Source: Raphidiopsis brookii D9
GTDB lineage: Bacteria > Cyanobacteriota > Cyanobacteriia > Cyanobacteriales > Nostocaceae
DNA: 32,000 nucleotides
Direction of reading: 5' to 3'
NCBI GenBank assembly: GCA_000175855.1
Contig: ACYB01000042.1
Span: 210,001 to 242,000, forward strand
Positions 1-11,200 of this stretch are shown here, in pieces; within the stretch, counting starts at the first letter, position 1; every line of letters starts with the position of its first letter. Below the pieces are notes generated by a model. That model made no database searches, was not told the origin of the DNA, and saw only the letters and a list, made by a program, of their open reading frames with translations. A program made the translations under genes and the position numbers.

Positions 1-59
1 GGGTAATTTTAGCAGCTTTATATGGTGCAGCTCATCGCTATGAAGGTTCCCATCATTAA
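1..59 (+). CDS. 3' end of a CDS cut by the window edge (...VILAALYGAAHRYEGSHH*), product unknown
   Basis: Frame 3 is open from the window edge to TAA at 57-59. Too short to identify. Confidence 0.25.
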   Translation, partial: VILAALYGAAHRYEGSHH

Positions 60-141
60 CTCCAGCAGGGGATTTTTGTATAAATCCCAGATTTTGTCCT
101 ATTCTATTGGATATCAGCAGTTACAATTTTATGTCTAGTTT

Positions 142-657
142 ATGCCCACTACAGCAGATTTTCTTCAATACTCCCAATGGTCAGGAATCACGACCATAGC
201 ACTTGCAGCACTGACAATTTTGGCTCTTCTATTTAAATGGGGATTACGTTTTCGCTTGGTAGGTGCAACTGGTTTTATGCTTGTGCTCACAGTAGGACTC
301 TTTTCACTATCCCTAGTTCCCCTCAGTCGTACAGTAATTCCTGGTGCTTCTAGATATACTTTAGTTTATGACAATGGTTCCAACCAAGCTGTAATTGCTA
401 CCAGTCCAGATATTACTCCTACCCAGCTAGAAGCAACTTTACGCCAAGCAGCTAGTAATCTCTACTCCTACGGGCGCATGGGATCTGGAAGGAATAACAG
501 TTTGACAATTCGCGCTCGGACAGTTCTCCACCCAGAATCAGGTATATCAACACCTGTCTACTTGGGTAAAGTGGAAAGAACACTAGTTACCCGCGAAGAC
601 CCACAAATGTTGGTGGAAGTCTTCTTGGATAAATTTCCCCAATTACCACCATCCTGA
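142..657 (+). CDS. Ycf51-like (DUF2518) small membrane protein
   Basis: 171-aa ORF with two N-terminal hydrophobic helices and the WGLRFRLVG...IPGASRY...LEATLRQAA pattern I recall for cyanobacterial and plastid Ycf51. Confidence 0.65.
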   Translation: MPTTADFLQYSQWSGITTIALAALTILALLFKWGLRFRLVGATGFMLVLTVGLFSLSLVPLSRTVIPGASRYTLVYDNGSNQAVIATSPDITPTQLEATLRQAASNLYSYGRMGSGRNNSLTIRARTVLHPESGISTPVYLGKVERTLVTREDPQMLVEVFLDKFPQLPPS

Positions 658-734
658 AATCATTTAGGTTTTGACCCATATAGTACATATTTATTATTAA
701 TATTTGTGGTGGTGTTTGCCATACTATATCTATT

Positions 735-1916
735 ATGTCTATCGTGTCTATCATGGCTAGTCTATTATCCACTCCCACCACTAGTTCTTTCTTGACATTA
801 ACTGTTGCTCCAGCAAAGGTAATCCGAGGTGCTGGGGTTCTCAGATCATCTGCTATTTCAGAAATTTCTACCCTAGGGAATCGTCCCCTAATTGTGACAG
901 GAAAACATACTCTCAATATTTATCAGGAGAGTTTACAGACCATCTTCCAAAGTGGGGATTTGGATGCTTTGGCTACTTCCTATAGCCCAGATTGCTGTGA
1001 AGTAAGTTTGAAAGCGTTACGGAAAGCAGTTAAAGAACATAAGGCAAATGTGATTATTGGTCTAGGTGGCGGGAAGTCCATAGACACAGCTAAACTATTA
1101 GGACATCAATTACAGTTACCAGTAGTAACAATTCCTACATCTGCTGCCACCTGTGCAGCATGGACAGCCTTATCTAATGTGTATTCTGCATCGGGGGCAT
1201 TTTTATATGATGTTCCCTTGTGTAGGTGTCCGGATTTGCTAATTTTAGATTATGATTTGATTAAAACAGCACCCCGGGAAACTCTGGTAGCTGGAATTGG
1301 AGATGGGATTGCCAAATGGTATGAAGCATCTGTTAGTAGTGGTAATATGCAGGATACACTAATTATTGCTGCAGTTCAACAAGCTAGAGTTTTACGCGAT
1401 ATACTATTACAAAAGTCCGCAGCAGCTTTAGACTCTCCTGGTAGTCAAATTTGGCAAGAGGTGGTAGATTGCAGTGTGATGTTAGCAGGTGTGATTGGTG
1501 GTTTAGGGGGAGCCCGCTGTCGTACAGTTGCTGCCCATGCAGTACATAATGGGTTAACTCACATTTGTGGACATGGTAGCATTCATGGAGAAAAGGTGGC
1601 ATACGGAATTTTAGTGCAATTGCGATTAGAAGAAATGCTTCAGGGCAATCAATTAGCGGAAACCGCTAGACAGCAGTTATTAAAATTCTATACAGAAATT
1701 GGACTGCCACAAAAATTGGCGGATTTGGGACTGGGAAATATTTCTTTGACTCAATTGCAAACAGCAGCAGAAATAGCCCTAGCTCCTAATTCTGATATCC
1801 ATCGGTTACCCTTTTCCCTATCCTCGGAACAGTTAATGGCGGCCATGATTTCTACTACCGCTCCGGTTCTAAGACAACGGGATTCATCATCGTTAACCAC
1901 CCAAACGACTAATTAA
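735..1916 (+). CDS. Iron-containing alcohol dehydrogenase / glycerol dehydrogenase-like oxidoreductase
   Basis: 393-aa ORF with the GLGGGKSIDTAK nucleotide-binding motif and the HxxxH metal region (AAHAVHNGLTH...HGEKVAYG) typical of the Fe-ADH/GldA family. The true start may be a few codons downstream. Confidence 0.75.
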   Translation: MSIVSIMASLLSTPTTSSFLTLTVAPAKVIRGAGVLRSSAISEISTLGNRPLIVTGKHTLNIYQESLQTIFQSGDLDALATSYSPDCCEVSLKALRKAVKEHKANVIIGLGGGKSIDTAKLLGHQLQLPVVTIPTSAATCAAWTALSNVYSASGAFLYDVPLCRCPDLLILDYDLIKTAPRETLVAGIGDGIAKWYEASVSSGNMQDTLIIAAVQQARVLRDILLQKSAAALDSPGSQIWQEVVDCSVMLAGVIGGLGGARCRTVAAHAVHNGLTHICGHGSIHGEKVAYGILVQLRLEEMLQGNQLAETARQQLLKFYTEIGLPQKLADLGLGNISLTQLQTAAEIALAPNSDIHRLPFSLSSEQLMAAMISTTAPVLRQRDSSSLTTQTTN

Positions 1917-1986
1917 CAATTGGCCATCATTAAAAGTGCTTACAAAAACGTTTACAAAGAGTGACGAATTATTTTGAGGTTGAAGA

Positions 1987-3194
1987 ATGAGTTTAAGTTG
2001 GATTACCCCCGCAGATAGGATAAAGAAACTACCACCCTATGTTTTTGCTAGATTGGATGAGTTAAAGGCCAAGGCTAGGGAGCAAGGACTGGACTTAATT
2101 GATTTAGGAATGGGGAATCCTGATGGTGCAACTCCTCAACCAATTATAGAAGCAGCCAAAACAGCTTTGGCAAATCCTGCTAATCACGGTTATCCACCCT
2201 TTGAAGGTACTGCTAATTTTCGTAAGGCAATTACCGAATGGTACTATCGACGCTATCATGTGCTGTTAGATCCTGACAGCGAAGCATTACCTCTATTAGG
2301 TTCTAAAGAAGGTTTGGCACATTTAGCGATCGCTTATATTAATCCAGGTGACACGGTTTTAGTGCCTTCTCCTTCCTATCCTGTGCATTTCCGAGGTCCA
2401 ATTATTGCTGGGGGAGTAATTCATAATATCATTCTGCAGGAGAAGGATGATTGGTTAATTGATTTAGGGTCTATTTCCGATGAGGTAGCTCAAAAAGCAA
2501 AAATCCTCTATTTTAATTACCCTAGCAACCCCACAGGAGCAACCGCACCACGGGAGTTTTTTGAGGACATAGTTGCTTTTGCTAAAAAGCATGAGATTCT
2601 ACTGGTTCATGATCTGTGTTACGCTGAATTGGCTTTTGATGGTTATCAACCCACCAGTCTGTTAGAAATCCCCGGTGCCAAAGATATTGGTGTGGAATTT
2701 CATACCCTATCTAAAACCTATAATATGGCAGGTTGGCGAGTTGGTTTTGTAGTGGGTAATCGTCATGTTATCCAAGGTTTAAGAACTCTGAAAACTAATT
2801 TGGACTATGGGATTTTTTCCGCATTACAAACCGCCGCAGAAACCGCTTTACGCCTACCAGATTCTTACTTACATACAGTGCAGCAACGTTATAGCATTAG
2901 GCGAGATTTTCTCATTGCTGGTTTAAGCAAGTTGGGTTGGAATATTAATCCTACTAAAGCAACTATGTATTTATGGGTTAAGTGCCCTGCAGGTATGGGT
3001 TCTACGGATTTTGCTCTCAACATCTTGCAAAAACTGGTGTGGTAGTTACTCCTGGTAATGCTTTTGGGGTTGGTGGTGAAGGTTATGTGAGAATTAGTTT
3101 GATAGCAGATTGCGATCGCCTAGGTGAAGCTTTGGAGAGATTTAGGCAAGCGGGTATTTGTTATCAGTCGGATGTGGTTCCGGTATGTTTTTAA
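1987..3194 (+). pseudogene. Class I/II PLP aminotransferase (AspC/DapL-like), broken by one frameshift
   Basis: ORFs 1987-3045 and 2982-3194 are the N- and C-terminal parts of one aminotransferase (KLPPYVFARLDE..., NYPSNPTG, SKTYNMAGWRVG, then TGVVVTPGNAFG...YVRISL). One extra A in the A5 run at 3029-3033 gives ...NILQKTGVVVTPG... in a single frame. Confidence 0.85.
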
Positions 3195-3215
3195 AAAAAG
3201 AAATCACCAACAATT

Positions 3216-4223
3216 ATGGGTAAGCAACGCGTTTTGTCTGGAGTTCAACCAACTGGTAACTTACACTTGGGGAACTATTTAGGTGCTATTCGCAACTGGG
3301 TAGAGATGCAAGATCAGTATGATAATTTCTTTTGCGTGGTAGATTTACATGCTATTACTGTGCCACATAACCCTGCTACTTTAGCGGCTGATACCTATAC
3401 TATTGCAGCTTTATACTTAGCTTGTGGTATTGATTTACAGCACTCGCATATTTTTGTACAATCCCATATATCTGCCCACAGTGAACTTTGTTGGTTACTA
3501 AACTGTATTACTCCTTTAAACTGGCTACAAGATATGATCCAGTTTAAGGAGAAGGCGGTTAAACAGGGAGAAAATGTTGGTACAGGTTTATTGATTTATC
3601 CGGTTTTAATGGCTGCTGATATTTTGCTGTATCAAGCAGATAAGGTACCAGTAGGTGAAGATCAAAAGCAACATTTAGAACTAGCTAGAGATATTGTTAA
3701 TAGGTTTAATTACTTGTTTGCCCAGGAGCATCCCGTATTAAAGTTGCCTGCTCCTTTAATTAGGAAAGAGGGCGCCAGGGTAATGAGTCTAGCTGATGGT
3801 ACTAAGAAAATGTCAAAGTCTGACCCCTCCGAATTGAGCAGAATTAATGTTTTGGATCCACCAGATCAAATTGCCAATAAAATTAAACGGTGTAAAACCG
3901 ATCCAGTTCGTGGTTTGAGTTTTGATGACCCAGCACGTCCTGAATGTAATAATTTGTTGACCTTGTATATGCTATTATCTGGCAAAACCAAGGAAGCAGT
4001 AGCTGGGGAATGTGCTGATATGGGATGGGGTCAGTTTAAACCTTTACTCACAGAAACAACTATTAATGCTCTAGAACCAATTCAAAAAAAGTACAAGGAG
4101 GTAAGAACAGAAAAGGGTTACTTAGAGTCTGTACTGAAAACAGGTAAGGAAAAGGCTCACGCCATAGCCAGTCAAACTTTAGCAGATGTTAAGGGGGCTT
4201 TGGGTTACACAGCACCATTATAA
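3216..4223 (+). CDS. trpS: Tryptophan--tRNA ligase
   Basis: 335 aa. Class I HIGH-type motif (TGNLHLGNYLGA) and KMSKS motif. Length and overall pattern match TrpRS. Confidence 0.95.
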   Translation: MGKQRVLSGVQPTGNLHLGNYLGAIRNWVEMQDQYDNFFCVVDLHAITVPHNPATLAADTYTIAALYLACGIDLQHSHIFVQSHISAHSELCWLLNCITPLNWLQDMIQFKEKAVKQGENVGTGLLIYPVLMAADILLYQADKVPVGEDQKQHLELARDIVNRFNYLFAQEHPVLKLPAPLIRKEGARVMSLADGTKKMSKSDPSELSRINVLDPPDQIANKIKRCKTDPVRGLSFDDPARPECNNLLTLYMLLSGKTKEAVAGECADMGWGQFKPLLTETTINALEPIQKKYKEVRTEKGYLESVLKTGKEKAHAIASQTLADVKGALGYTAPL

Positions 4224-4261
4224 GCCTGAAAATAAGACCTTTCAAGTATAAAACCTTCACC

Positions 4262-5182
4262 ATGCAGGAAAATCACACCACTAACTATACGAGCAATACT
4301 CTCACTAGTTTCCGTGAAGCAGTACAAGCAGGAGAATTTTTAATCACTGCAGAAGTTGCACCACCAAAGGGGGGGGACATTAGCCACACCATTGCCATGT
4401 CAGCGACTCTTAAGGGGAGAGTTCATGCTGTTAATATTACTGATGGTAGTCGTGCTGTTTTGGGTATGTCACCTTTGGCAGTATGCGCCATTTTATGGCA
4501 ACATGGTATTGAACCAGTCTGTCAAATCGCTTGTCGCGATCGCAATAGAATCGGACTGCAAGCTGATTTGATGGGGGCCCATGCTTTGGGTATTAGGAAT
4601 ATTTTAGCTTTGACGGGTGATCCAGTTAAAGCTGGTGATCATCCGGATGCTAGAGCTGTTTTTGACCTGGAATCTGTCCGGTTATTACAATTAATTACTA
4701 ATATGAACCAAGGACTGGACTTTAATCATAGGACTTTAGTTGATGGAGGTTTGGATTTGTTCGCTGGAGCAGCAGTGGATCCTCAATCTAAAAGTTGGTC
4801 TGGGTTACAGAGTCGATTTGAAAGGAAAGTACAAGCAGGGGCACAATTTTTCCAAAGTCAGCTAATTACTGATTTTGAAAAATTGGAGAAATTTATGGAT
4901 AAAATTGCTTCTGGTTACAATAAACCTGTGTTGGCAGGTATTTTTCTGTTAAAGTCAGCGAAAAATGCTCAGTTTATTAATAGGATGGTTCCTGGTGTTA
5001 ATATACCCGATTATATTATCCAGCGCCTAGCCAAAGCCAAGTATCCTTTGGAAGAAGGTATGAAAATTGCCTCAGAACAGGTAAGAATGGCAAAAGATTT
5101 ATGTCAGGGAGTACATATTATGGCGGTTAAAAAGGAAGAGGCGATCGCTCCGATTTTAGACTTAGCTGGTGTTAGCAGGTAG
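4262..5182 (+). CDS. metF: Methylenetetrahydrofolate reductase
   Basis: 306 aa. MTHFR-family pattern (ITAEVAPPKG..., VNITDGSRA, LTGDP, FFQSQLITD). Confidence 0.88.
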   Translation: MQENHTTNYTSNTLTSFREAVQAGEFLITAEVAPPKGGDISHTIAMSATLKGRVHAVNITDGSRAVLGMSPLAVCAILWQHGIEPVCQIACRDRNRIGLQADLMGAHALGIRNILALTGDPVKAGDHPDARAVFDLESVRLLQLITNMNQGLDFNHRTLVDGGLDLFAGAAVDPQSKSWSGLQSRFERKVQAGAQFFQSQLITDFEKLEKFMDKIASGYNKPVLAGIFLLKSAKNAQFINRMVPGVNIPDYIIQRLAKAKYPLEEGMKIASEQVRMAKDLCQGVHIMAVKKEEAIAPILDLAGVSR

Positions 5183-5186
5183 TTAC

Positions 5187-5819
5187 TTATTCTTTTGGAA
5201 TATCAGAAGACCCACGCTGTTTTCGGGTTTCCCCTCCCAGTTGTAGTCTTCCATTAGTGACAATTCGCAACATTTTTTGCAGATCCTCCTCGATATTTTC
5301 CAACACCCGATCCGCATATTCATCCGCGCCATTTTCTATTTCCCTAGCATGGGCGATCGCATTTTGGCGTGTCTCTTCCATTTCCTGGTCACAATCGAGT
5401 CGTTTACGTTCAATTTCTGCCAATGTATCTTGCATTATAGCATCACACTTCTGTTGTGCTTCACGACGGAGTTGAACAGTTTCCCGTTCTACTTGGTGAA
5501 TAATATCGTTATCAGCTAAGATTTGAGACCTTTTGACTTGTGCTGCTTCTATAACCTGTTGTGCATATTCCTCCGCTGACAATATAATCTCCTCCTTTTC
5601 CTGGAGAATTTTTGCTGCTTCCTGAAATAGGGAGGGTAAAGAAACCCGAATAAAATCCAACTGCTCTAGGAATTTATCCTCATCAATAAGGGTACGATTG
5701 ATAAAGGGTATTTGGATACCAGAGAGAATAATATCTTCCAGACGGTTAAGCTCCTGGAGAATGTCTACTACTCTCTGGGGGTGGGAATATTCGGGAACTG
5801 GGGGATTTGGCTGTAGCAT
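5187..5819 (-). CDS. Coiled-coil protein, DivIVA-like / ATP-synthase-b-like (possibly Cdv3-like)
   Basis: 210-aa ORF, highly charged with long heptad-like E/Q/R/A helices. Convergent with metF and lies downstream of coaD. The family assignment is tentative. Confidence 0.55.
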   Translation of the reverse strand: MLQPNPPVPEYSHPQRVVDILQELNRLEDIILSGIQIPFINRTLIDEDKFLEQLDFIRVSLPSLFQEAAKILQEKEEIILSAEEYAQQVIEAAQVKRSQILADNDIIHQVERETVQLRREAQQKCDAIMQDTLAEIERKRLDCDQEMEETRQNAIAHAREIENGADEYADRVLENIEEDLQKMLRIVTNGRLQLGGETRKQRGSSDIPKE

Positions 5820-6280
5820 TGGTATATATCCATAGCAATGTGCGGAGGAACAAGATGGTCGACAGATCCACCAAACCTGGCAATTTCTTTTACCACACTA
5901 CTACTTAAAAAGCTATGCTCATTAGAGGTGGCGAGAAAAACAGTTTCGACCTGAGTTGAAAGGGTTTTATTAGTATGGGCCATTTGTAACTCTATCTCAA
6001 AATCAGAGACAGCTCGCAACCCGCGTAATAAAACCCCTGCTTGTCGCATTTGGGCATAGTTAACCGTTAATCCGTCAAAACTATCCACCTCTACACTGGG
6101 CAAATGGCTGGTAGCTGAACTAATCTGGTTCAGACGCTGTTCTACGGTAAACAATGGAGTTTTGTTAGGATTTCGCAGAACAGCAACAATAACCCGACTA
6201 AATAGCCGAGTAGCTCGTTCAATAAGATCAAGGTGTCCCAAAGTAATAGGGTCAAAGCTGCCAGGATAAATAGCAATCAT
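5768..6280 (-). CDS. coaD: Phosphopantetheine adenylyltransferase
   Basis: N-terminus [23 protein letters not shown] carries the nucleotidyltransferase T/HxGH motif. The ISSS-type motif ([15 protein letters not shown]) is also present. Confidence 0.93.
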   Translation of the reverse strand: MIAIYPGSFDPITLGHLDLIERATRLFSRVIVAVLRNPNKTPLFTVEQRLNQISSATSHLPSVEVDSFDGLTVNYAQMRQAGVLLRGLRAVSDFEIELQMAHTNKTLSTQVETVFLATSNEHSFLSSSVVKEIARFGGSVDHLVPPHIAMDIYQCYSQIPQFPNIPTPRE

Positions 6281-6458
6281 GTTGAATATAAATCAGAAAG
6301 CTTTTAGATCTGAGTATACTTTTTAGTACCCTTTGAGGAAGAGGCTTTTTGAGCAAATGATGGAATTTATTGATTAATGTGTCGTGATATTGTACATTAG
6401 TTACATAAATATTGCAATTGTTTCCTGTGAAGTAGAAACATATTGTTAGGTAATTTGC

Positions 6459-7337
6459 ATGGTAGTAGATTTCACCGCCTTACTGTTGGGGTTCGAGTTC
6501 ACCTCCCCAGGTCCCGTAGTACCTGGATTAGAATTTGGACCATTTGTTATTCGTTGGTATGGATTGCTAATTGCATCAGCCGTATTAATTGGTGTTAGTC
6601 TTGCCCAGCATCTGGCCAAACGTCGTCATTTAGATCCTGATATCATCAGTGATTTATCCGTTTGGTTGGTAGTAGGAGCTATTCCAGCTGCGAGATTATA
6701 TTATGTCCTATTCCAATGGTCAGAATATTCCCGTTCTCCTGGGAGAATTCTAGCCATTTGGCAGGGTGGTATAGCCATTCATGGAGCTATTCTTGGCGGT
6801 ATTATAGCCGCTTTAATCTTTGCCAGACTCAAAAGAATATCTTTTTGGCAATTGGCAGATTTAGTCGCCCCTTCTCTGATTTTAGGTCAAGCTATTGGAC
6901 GTTGGGGGAATTTCTTTAATTCTGAAGCTTTTGGTGATCCTACAGATTTGCCTTGGAAACTATACATTCCACCAGAGCATCGTCCTCCTGCTTTGGTAAA
7001 TTTTGAATATTTCCACCCCACTTTTCTATATGAATCCCTGTGGAATTTGATGGTATTTGCTCTATTACTAACTTTATTTTTTCGGAGTTTATCTGGCAAA
7101 CCAGAATTGAAGACCGGAACCTTATTTTTGGTTTACTGGGTAACCTATAGTATAGGAAGATTTGCTATTGAAGGTTTACGTACGGATAGTCTCATGCTAG
7201 GTTCTCTAAGAATTGCCCAATTGGTTAGTTTAACCGGAATAGTAGTGGGTTTAGCTGGTTTAGTCTGGCTTTATTTATACAAACGCTCCCTACCGGATGT
7301 AGTATCTCCCAGTTATAACCGTTATAACCACCAATAA
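6459..7337 (+). CDS. lgt: Prolipoprotein diacylglyceryl transferase
   Basis: 292-aa polytopic membrane protein with Lgt signatures ([33 protein letters not shown]). Confidence 0.93.
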   Translation: MVVDFTALLLGFEFTSPGPVVPGLEFGPFVIRWYGLLIASAVLIGVSLAQHLAKRRHLDPDIISDLSVWLVVGAIPAARLYYVLFQWSEYSRSPGRILAIWQGGIAIHGAILGGIIAALIFARLKRISFWQLADLVAPSLILGQAIGRWGNFFNSEAFGDPTDLPWKLYIPPEHRPPALVNFEYFHPTFLYESLWNLMVFALLLTLFFRSLSGKPELKTGTLFLVYWVTYSIGRFAIEGLRTDSLMLGSLRIAQLVSLTGIVVGLAGLVWLYLYKRSLPDVVSPSYNRYNHQ

Positions 7338-7424
7338 AAAATGCCCCAGAGTGTTCTCCAGGGCTTAACCAGGGTGCATCTACCATATCTTTCTACCACT
7401 AGCAAGTGGTGAATCCGGAAAACC

Positions 7425-8261
7425 ATGGCGGAAATATTGAGAAATTTCATGGAAAAATTGGCAGACCTTTCCTATTTTGGGTGCAACATGATTAACTCCT
7501 TAAAACCAGCAGTGTATATTGTGGGTGCAGGACCTGGAGACCCAGATTTATTGACAGTTAAAGCACAAAGGTTATTAGCTGGTGCTGATTTGGTACTTTT
7601 CGCTGACTCTTTGGTTCCCCAACAAATCCTGGATATTTGTCGTCCAGACGCAGAAGTTATCGGTACCGCTACCAAAACTTTAGAGGAGATTGTAGGCACA
7701 ATTATAGCAGCAGTTCAATCTAATAAGTCCGTTGTACGTCTTCACTCAGGAGATGTTAGTTTATACAGTGCCATTCACGAACAAATCGAATTATTGAACA
7801 CATCGAATATACCTTTTGAAATAGTACCTGGAGTTAGTGCTTTTCAAGCTGCTGCGGCAAAATTAAAAGTAGAGTTGACAGTTCCTGATTTGGTCCAAAG
7901 TATTATCCTGACTCGGGTGAGTGGAAGAACAAAAGTACCAAACCAGGAACAATTGGCCAGTTTAGCAGCACATCAAGCCAGTCTGTGTTTATATTTGAGT
8001 GCCCGTCATGTGGCTAGTGCCCAAAACCAACTTTTACAACATTATGCTCCACAAACTCCCGTAGCTATTTGTTTTCGCGTGGGATGGCCCGACGAAAAGA
8101 TCTTTATTGTCCCCCTAGAGAAAATGGCAGAGTCTACCGATGAACAAAAACTGCTGCGCACCACTTTGTATATAATCAGCCCCGCACTGTCTACCGTAAG
8201 TGGGCGATCGCATCTATATGATGCCAGATATAATCATTTATTTCGTGTTTCTACACAATAG
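7425..8261 (+). CDS. cobM: Precorrin-4 C11-methyltransferase
   Basis: Tetrapyrrole methylase fold (VYIVGAGPGDPDLLTVKA, VVRLHSGDVSLYSA, VPGVSAFQAAAA). The likely true start is the ATG at 7488 (MINSLKPAVYIVG). Confidence 0.88.
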   Translation: MAEILRNFMEKLADLSYFGCNMINSLKPAVYIVGAGPGDPDLLTVKAQRLLAGADLVLFADSLVPQQILDICRPDAEVIGTATKTLEEIVGTIIAAVQSNKSVVRLHSGDVSLYSAIHEQIELLNTSNIPFEIVPGVSAFQAAAAKLKVELTVPDLVQSIILTRVSGRTKVPNQEQLASLAAHQASLCLYLSARHVASAQNQLLQHYAPQTPVAICFRVGWPDEKIFIVPLEKMAESTDEQKLLRTTLYIISPALSTVSGRSHLYDARYNHLFRVSTQ

Positions 8262-8268
8262 ATTTCCA

Positions 8269-11200
8269 ATGGAAAAGAGTCATATCCAACTTCCAGGCTA
8301 TAAAATACTTGAGGTAATTCACGTTAGCAGCAGAACCAGTGTATATCGAGGTGAACAAGAAACAACTAAAAGGTCGGTAATTATCAAAACTGCTAACGCC
8401 CAATATCCACCATTAAATGAATTGATAGCCTTAAAAAATCAATTTGCCATTACTCAAAAAATTGACCATCCCCATATTATTAAATCCTATGCTTTAGAAC
8501 CTTATGGTAATAGTTACGCCCTAATTGGTGAGGATATAGGTGGCATATCAGTTTACGACTATGCCCAATCTCAACCACTGGGAATAAATATGTTTTTAAA
8601 AATTGCCATTGCCGTGGTGAAAGCACTGGAGTATTTGTATAATTACAAAGTTATCCATAAAGACATTAAACCAAAAACATTATTATTAATCCAGAAACCC
8701 ATCAAATTAAGTTGACAGATTTCAGTATTTCTTGTCTGCTACCGCAAGAAATAGCAGAAATCAAAAAGTTCAACCCATTGGAAGGAACACTTTCCTACAT
8801 GTCACCAGAACAAACAGGGAGAATGAATTGCGGTATAGATTATCGCAGCGATTTTTATTCTCTGGGGGTGACCTTTTATGAACTACTCACAGGAAGATTA
8901 CCTTTTATCAGTAAAAATCCTCTCAAGTTAGTACATTCTCACCTGGCGAAAATGCCACCACTTCCCCAGGAGATTAATCCAGAAATTCCCGATTTGTTAG
9001 CGGAAATAACTATCAAATTAATGTCAAAAAGCCCAGAAAATAGATATCAAACAGCTAGGGGAATCAGGTACGATCTAGAAAGATTTCAAGAAGCATTATT
9101 AAATCATGGTCAGATTAAGTCTTGGCAATTAGGAAGTAGGGATATAGCAGATAGATTTATAATTTGTGACAAAGTTTATGGCAGAGATAAAGAGATTGCC
9201 ATATTATTGGATGCGTTTGCAAGAGTCAGTCAAGGCAGTAAAGAATTAATGTTAGTGCTAGGTTCTTCAGGTATTGGTAAAACTGCTATTGTCTATGAAA
9301 TTAACCAACCGATTCTGGAACAACAAGGTTATTTTACAGCTGGTAAATATGAGCAACTACAAAATAACAAAAATAATATTCCCGTTTCAGCCTTATTAAA
9401 AGCCTTGGGGAATTTATTACAACAAGTTTTAACCCAAAGTCCAGAAGAATTAGTAGCATGGAAAAACAAGATTTTATTAACGCTAGGAGAACAAGCACAA
9501 GTTATTATAGATGTAATTCCTGAGTTAGAAAAGATTATTGGTTCACAACCAGCAGCGCCCAAGTTGACCGGTAATGCTGCTCAGAATAGGTTCAACGTAT
9601 TATTTGCTAAATTTATCCAAATATTTGCTAATGAAGAACATCCCTTAGTTATTTTTTTAGATGATTTGCAGTGGGCAGATTCCACTTCTTTAAAATTAAT
9701 CCAATTCTTAATTAAAGAACCAGATACCAAATATTTATTACTGATCGGTGCTTATCGCGACCATGAGGTTTATAGTAGACATCCTCTCACAGTCACCCTA
9801 GAGAGTTTGCGAAAAATTGAACCCAAAATTGCCATTAATGAAATTGATTTACAACCTCTAGATAAAAACCAATTAAATCTACTAATCTCAGGCAATTTAG
9901 CCTGTGAAGAAACCCTGTCTTTATCTTTAACCGAATTTGTATTCAATCAAGCACGGGGCAACCCATTTTTCAGCAATCAGTTAATTAAATCTATGCATGA
10001 AGATGGGTTACTCCGTTTTGACTTTCAGTTGGGTTGTTGGCAATGTGACATTTATAAGGCTCAGGCTTTATATGGTAATGATATTCTCCAGTTATTAGCA
10101 ACACAAATCCACAAATTACCCATTGCTACACAAGAAGTTCTAAAGATTGCTGCTTGCATTGGTAATGAGTTTGATTTATTAACCCTAGCCATTGTTTGTG
10201 AGAAGTCTCAGCTGGAAATAGTATCCAACTTGCAGAATGCTTTGACAGCAGAACTGATTATTCCTCAAGACGAAAAACACAATTTATTGTATCCTGAAAC
10301 CCACCAAAATGATCAGAGCAAAAAATACAAATTCTTCCATGACCGAATACAGCAAGCGGCCTATTTATTAATTCCGGATAACGAGAAGGAATCAACCCAT
10401 TGGCACCTTGGTCAATTAATTTATGAATACTCTAAGAATAGAGATAAAAAAGAACTAGAAGAAAAAATATTTATTATAGCTAATCAATTGAATGTCGCCC
10501 AAACAATAATTGACACAGCAAGGGAAGTGGAAAGATATCAATTGGCTGAACTGAACTTAATTGCAGGTCACAAAGCCAAACTATCAACAGCGTATGAAGC
10601 TGCTATTAATTACTTAAGATTTGCCTTGGAACTTTTACCAGCAAATAGCTGGCAAACTCATTATCATCTAACTTTAAATTTGTACTTAGAAGCAGTAGAA
10701 GTAGAATTTCTCAATATCAATTTTGACCAGGCGGAAATCTATATTAAATTGGTCCAACAAAAGGCGGTTACACTCCTTGATCAAGTACCTGTATATGAGA
10801 TACAAATTCAAATATATATGGCAAAAGTCCAAATAAAATTGGCAATTGAAACAGGTATACATATTATCAATATGTTGGGAATTCAATTGGTAGAAGAATC
10901 ACCTAAAATTCTCAATGACCAGAATCAAAACTATGTGGATGAACTGATTAATTTACCTGTCATGACTGCACCCGATAAAATAGCAGCCATGGGAATACTA
11001 GGAAATATTACCACCGCTACTTATTGTTTTGACTTAGAACTATTTGACAGAATAGTTTTTACCATGATCTATTTATCATTACAATACGGTAATTGTTCAA
11101 CTTCTGCTTCTGGTTATGCCCATTATGGTCTGTTATTATGTAAACTTGCTGGCAATATTGACAATGGATACCGTTATGGTCAATTGGCATTGAATTTAGC

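Noticed and set aside
587-916. Antisense or overlapping ORFs from the six-frame track. Examples: 587-916(-), 1384-1602(-), 4356-4571(+), 5257-5519(+), 6662-7099, 7472-7699(-), 9329-9562(-), 10686-10886(-), 14002-14187(-), 17800-18051(-), 18992-19397(+), 21154-21390(-), 22590-22787(-), 23359-23547(+), 24085-24471(-), 24608-24925(-), 25593-26059(+), 26343-26861, 27427-27796(+), 29750-29932(-), 30119-30496(-), 31217-31399(+).
   Set aside because: Each lies inside or opposite a longer ORF with a clear family assignment. They have odd, low-complexity or Cys/Ser/Leu-rich composition and no recognisable motifs. They are best explained as shadow ORFs.
3029-3033. Programmed ribosomal frameshifting or transcriptional slippage rescuing the split genes.
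   Set aside because: The runs are only 3-5 nt long and have no slippery heptamer or downstream structure that I could see. Slippage-based rescue is described for much longer poly(A) tracts. Sequencing error or true pseudogenes are more parsimonious.
6281-6458. NtcA-like or palindromic site (TGTACATTAGTTACA) in the coaD-lgt divergent region.
   Set aside because: The spacer is 7 nt rather than 8, and there is no supporting -10 element at the right distance. It is not distinguishable from chance in AT-rich DNA.
7338-7424. Possible cobalamin riboswitch upstream of cobM.
   Set aside because: Only ~87 nt are available (150 nt to the alternative start). I saw no B12-box-like core, only weak imperfect hairpins.
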